Below the pieces are notes generated by a model. That model saw only the letters and a program-made list of their open reading frames with translations, did not search any database and was not told the DNA's origin. DNA of 64,000 bases, from positions 20,757-84,756 of the forward strand of contig JAJZRA010000001.1 of the NCBI GenBank assembly GCA_021847485.1, written 5' to 3'. Source of the stretch: a bacterium. GTDB taxonomy: Bacteria > Elusimicrobiota > Elusimicrobia > Elusimicrobiales > UBA9959. This document shows, piece after piece, positions 60,982 through 64,000 of the stretch. Each line of letters begins with the position of its first letter. The stretch's first letter is position 1. Position numbers and translations under genes: made by a program.

Positions 60982-61692
60982 ATGAAGCTTCTCGTCAGCC
61001 CCGCCGACCTGCGCGAGGCCGCCGTGGTCGCGCGGTCCGGCGCCGATATCCTCGACCTCAAGAACCCGGCCGAAGGCTCGCTCGGGGCCAACTTCCCGTG
61101 GGTGCTCGCCGCCGTGATCCGGCGCCTGCGCCGCCCCGGGCTGGAGTTCAGCGCCGCCATAGGCGACCTCGGGTTCCAGCCCGGCACCGCCGCGCTCGCC
61201 GCCCACGCCGCGGCCTCGCTCGGGGCCGACTACGTGAAGGCCGGCCTCTACGGGGTGAAGGACCTGCGCCGCGCGCTGCCGCTGGCCGCCGCCGTGGTGA
61301 AGGGCGTCAGGACCGGGCGTCCCCGCGCCCGGGCCGTGATCGCGGGCTACGCCGACTGGCGCCGTTTCGGCGGCCTGGCCCCGCTGGACCTGGTGCGCGC
61401 CGCCCGCAAGGCCGGCGCCGGTCTGGTGATGCTGGACACGGCGCTCAAGGACGGCCGCTCCCTTTTCGACAATATGACCCACCGCGAACTCGAGCGCTTC
61501 CTGGCAGCGGCCCGGAAGGCCGGGCTGGGCACGGCGCTCGCCGGGTCCGTCAGGGCCGAACACCTGCCCGCGCTGGCCGCGCTGGGGCCCGACATCGTCG
61601 GGCTGCGCGGCGCCGTCTGCCTGGGCGGGGACCGCCGCCGGCGGGTCTGCCCGCGGCGTTTGGCCGAGCTGAGGCGCGCATGCGGCGCTTGA
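60982..61692 (+). CDS. mfnB: (5-formylfuran-3-yl)methyl phosphate synthase (4-HFC-P synthase)
   Basis: MKLLVSP, GADILDLKNPAEGSLGANFPWV, SAAIGD, DYVKAG, GYAD, MLDTALKDG, ALAGS, DIVGLRGAVC. Confidence 0.9.
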   Translation: MKLLVSPADLREAAVVARSGADILDLKNPAEGSLGANFPWVLAAVIRRLRRPGLEFSAAIGDLGFQPGTAALAAHAAASLGADYVKAGLYGVKDLRRALPLAAAVVKGVRTGRPRARAVIAGYADWRRFGGLAPLDLVRAARKAGAGLVMLDTALKDGRSLFDNMTHRELERFLAAARKAGLGTALAGSVRAEHLPALAALGPDIVGLRGAVCLGGDRRRRVCPRRLAELRRACGA

Positions 61693-62201
61693 CCCCGCTC
61701 TTCCCCGGGCCCCGCGGCCTGGCCGCCTGGCATAAGGCTTTCCTCGGGCGCGATCCTTTCGGGGGCTGCGGCCCGGCGCCGTCGGCCGCGTTCTTCCGGC
61801 CCGCCGCCCGGCTGTGCCGCCTGCCTTCCCCGGCCGAGAAGCTCCTGCCCCGCTCCCTTCCCGCCGCCGTCAGAAGGGAAGCCGTCATGGCCGTGCGCCT
61901 GTGGCAGGCCTCGCAAAAGGTCACGGAGGACCTCGTCCGGAGCGGCAGGTCCCTGGCCGGCATGGACGCGGACATGACGATGAATTTCGCGATGGCCCTC
62001 GGGAACTACTCCCGCTTCCTGCTTTTTTCCTCGCGCGGGCTGGCGCCGGAGGCGCAGCTGGCGCTGCACCGCGCTTTCGCCGCGGAGATGACCGCCATGC
62101 CGGCCGCGCTGGCCCTGCGCCGGCCGGGGGCGCGCTTCTCGCCCGCCGCTTCCGCCGGGCGCCTGGCCGCCGCCTTCGCGGCACTGGAGGACCGAAGATG
62201 A
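61680..62201 (+). CDS. Hypothetical protein, possibly a degenerate isoprenoid-synthase fold
   Basis: Coupled to both neighbours; AVRLWQASQKVTEDL resembles the AVEL..AS.IHDD helix. Confidence 0.5.
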   Translation: MRRLTPLFPGPRGLAAWHKAFLGRDPFGGCGPAPSAAFFRPAARLCRLPSPAEKLLPRSLPAAVRREAVMAVRLWQASQKVTEDLVRSGRSLAGMDADMTMNFAMALGNYSRFLLFSSRGLAPEAQLALHRAFAAEMTAMPAALALRRPGARFSPAASAGRLAAAFAALEDRR

Positions 62202-63037
62202 AGACCGACCCCCGCTGGCTGGCCCGGATAGCGGCCCTGTACGACTCCAAGCGCAGGGATTTCAACTGGCGCCTGGCCGCCGACGGGGTTATACACCACC
62301 ATAACGGCCTCGCTTACGGCAAGGCCGCTTTTCTGCGGCGCCTGCGGCGCGCCTCCCCGGAGGGCGCGGACAGGATCATCCACGATTCCGAGACCGCGCT
62401 CTCCCGGCTGGGCTTCCGGTACCTCGGCCGCCCGGCCCCCGGCGCGGTCCTGCTCGACGCGGGCTGCGGCCGCGGCGGTTCCAGCCTGCTGCTCGCCGCG
62501 AAATATCCGCGCCTGGCGATACGCGGCGTGACGCTGTCCGCCTACCAGGCCGCGGCGGCCCGCGCCGCGGCGAAGGCCCGCGGCCTCGGGGCCCGCGTGC
62601 GTTTCAGCCGGGCGTCCATGCTGGACCTGCCGTTCAAAAAAGGGTCTTTCGACCTGGTCTGGGCCTGCGAATCCACCGAGCACGTGCCCGACCTGCGCGA
62701 CTTCTTCCGCGAGGCGGCCCGGGCGGCCCGGCCCGGGGCGCGGCTCGTCGTGATAGCCTGGGTGCTCAACCCGGCGCACCCGCGCGCCGCCGGGTTCGCG
62801 GCCCTGACCGACCGGGCCTACGTTACCCGCGTGCACCCGGAAGAGGAGTACCTCCGGGCGGCGTCCGCGGAGGGCTGGCGGCTGCGCCTGAAAAAGGACC
62901 TGACCGGCCCGACGGCGGCCTACTGGGCCGGCCGCGCCGCGTTGAAGTCCGGCTCGGGGACCGAAGCCTTCATGGCCCCGGCCTTCGCCTCGCGCGCTCT
63001 GCTCTACCGGTTATATTCTTACGACCTTGTCGAATGA
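62198..63037 (+). CDS. SAM-dependent methyltransferase, GPP/prenyl-diphosphate C-methyltransferase-like
   Basis: NWRLAADGVIHHHNG, IHDSE, DAGCGRGGS, GVTLSAYQA, MLDLPF, WACEST; RBS GGAGG. Confidence 0.8.
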   Translation: MKTDPRWLARIAALYDSKRRDFNWRLAADGVIHHHNGLAYGKAAFLRRLRRASPEGADRIIHDSETALSRLGFRYLGRPAPGAVLLDAGCGRGGSSLLLAAKYPRLAIRGVTLSAYQAAAARAAAKARGLGARVRFSRASMLDLPFKKGSFDLVWACESTEHVPDLRDFFREAARAARPGARLVVIAWVLNPAHPRAAGFAALTDRAYVTRVHPEEEYLRAASAEGWRLRLKKDLTGPTAAYWAGRAALKSGSGTEAFMAPAFASRALLYRLYSYDLVE

Positions 63038-64000
63038 CGGCCAGGCCGCGGCCGCGGCCTTGACGGTGTTCAGGTTTATCCTCGCGCAGTCCTCGGGCGG
63101 GCCGTAGGCCCCGCCGAGCACCAGGCAGGCCGGCACGCCGAGCGAGGCCAGCCTGCCGAAGAGGAATTCGTCCCTCTCCCTGAGCCCGGCCTCGGTCAGC
63201 GCCAGGCCTCCCAGCGCGTCCTTCCAGTAGGCGTCCGCCGAACACAGCGCGAAGACGAAGTCAGGCCTGCGGACCCGCAGGAAATCCTCCAGTCCTCTCT
63301 TCACCGCCTCCAGGTAGCGCGCGTCCCCGCAGCCGGGGGGGATGTCCACGTCCATGGAGGAGCGGACGCGCTCGGCCGGGTAGCCGTCGGCCCGGTGGGC
63401 GGAGAACGTTCCCACGGCCCCGTCGGCGAGGATGAAAGCCGTGCCGTTGCCCTGGTGGGCGTCGAGGTCTATCACAACGGGGCGCGCGGCCAGGCCTTCC
63501 TTCAGCAGGGCGCGCGCCGCCACGGCGAGGTCGTTGACGGGGCAGAAGCCTTCTCCGCGGTCCGGGAAGGCGTGGTGCCCTCCGCCGTGGGGGAAGACCC
63601 CGAGCGTCCGGGAGGCGGCCGCGGCCCTGGCCGCCTCCAGCGTGCCGCCGGCCAGGCGCCAGGCCGCCGGCAGCAGCGCGCGGGAATGAGGCATGGCCAA
63701 AGTCTTCTCTTCTTCGGGCGAGAGGTCGTTGGTTTTCAGCCGCGCGAGCCAGGCCGGCGTGTGGGCCAGCAGCAGCTCTTCGTCGGAGGCCGGCGCGGCC
63801 TCCTTCAGGGCGAAGCCGTCCGCCTTCAGCGCCCCGAGCAGCGCCGGGAAGCGTTCCAGGCCTTCGCGGAAGGAGGAGCCGGGGGCGCGGGAAGGACCGG
63901 CTTCCGGCATACCCGCCGCGGGCCCGAGGTAGGCCGGGCGGCCGCGGTCGAGGCAGAGCGCCGCGTCGGCGAGCGACCGGGCGAGCTCCCCGTCGTGCGT
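63011..64000 (-). CDS. HDAC-family deacylase; frame stays open to the window edge through an ABC-ATPase-like C-terminal segment
   Basis: GGGHHA, GFC, DLDAHQGNG, SAD..D.LG, GGAY; upstream in-frame THDGELARSLADAALCLDRGR. Confidence 0.82.
   Translation of the reverse strand, partial: THDGELARSLADAALCLDRGRPAYLGPAAGMPEAGPSRAPGSSFREGLERFPALLGALKADGFALKEAAPASDEELLLAHTPAWLARLKTNDLSPEEEKTLAMPHSRALLPAAWRLAGGTLEAARAAAASRTLGVFPHGGGHHAFPDRGEGFCPVNDLAVAARALLKEGLAARPVVIDLDAHQGNGTAFILADGAVGTFSAHRADGYPAERVRSSMDVDIPPGCGDARYLEAVKRGLEDFLRVRRPDFVFALCSADAYWKDALGGLALTEAGLRERDEFLFGRLASLGVPACLVLGGAYGPPEDCARINLNTVKAAAAAWPSFDKVVRI

Noticed and set aside
60982-63037. Methanofuran or 2-methylisoborneol pathway
   Set aside because: No other mfn genes and no terpene cyclase in the window

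Overview
High-GC bacterial chromosome segment; gene content and style suggest Elusimicrobiota, which is an unverified inference. 1-27.5 kb holds mostly recognisable genes: LOG, AmmeMemoRadiSam amrS/amrBA, M14 carboxypeptidase, pgeF, two histidine kinases, adenine deaminase, a GspE-REC fusion, FKBP, TerC, an APC permease and an initiator-type tRNA-Met. 27.6-45.5 kb holds tRNA-Thr, two O-antigen-ligase/TPR genes and a type IV pilus/T2SS-like operon. 45.5-63 kb is the most interesting part, a dense biosynthetic island whose two arms diverge from one 22-bp spacer. The leftward arm encodes a radical SAM enzyme, a PqqD/RRE, a 34-aa peptide with a lasso-type leader that the ORF track missed (54905-55009), an atypical FabD-like acyltransferase and an HPrK-like kinase. 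It converges on a GT2, an S24/S26 peptidase-beta-helix-nucleotidyltransferase fusion and a second GT2. The rightward arm encodes an IPK-like kinase, a radical SAM enzyme, UbiA, two polyprenyl synthases, the MfnB furan synthase and a GPP-type C-methyltransferase. This looks like an undescribed RiPP plus furan/methyl-terpenoid (possibly glyco-lipo-peptide) system. Also noted: an atypical initiator tRNA, two genes apparently lacking canonical starts, recurrent leaderless promoters and a possible ABC-ATPase/HDAC fusion at the right edge. All calls come from reading motifs by eye; no database searches were run.
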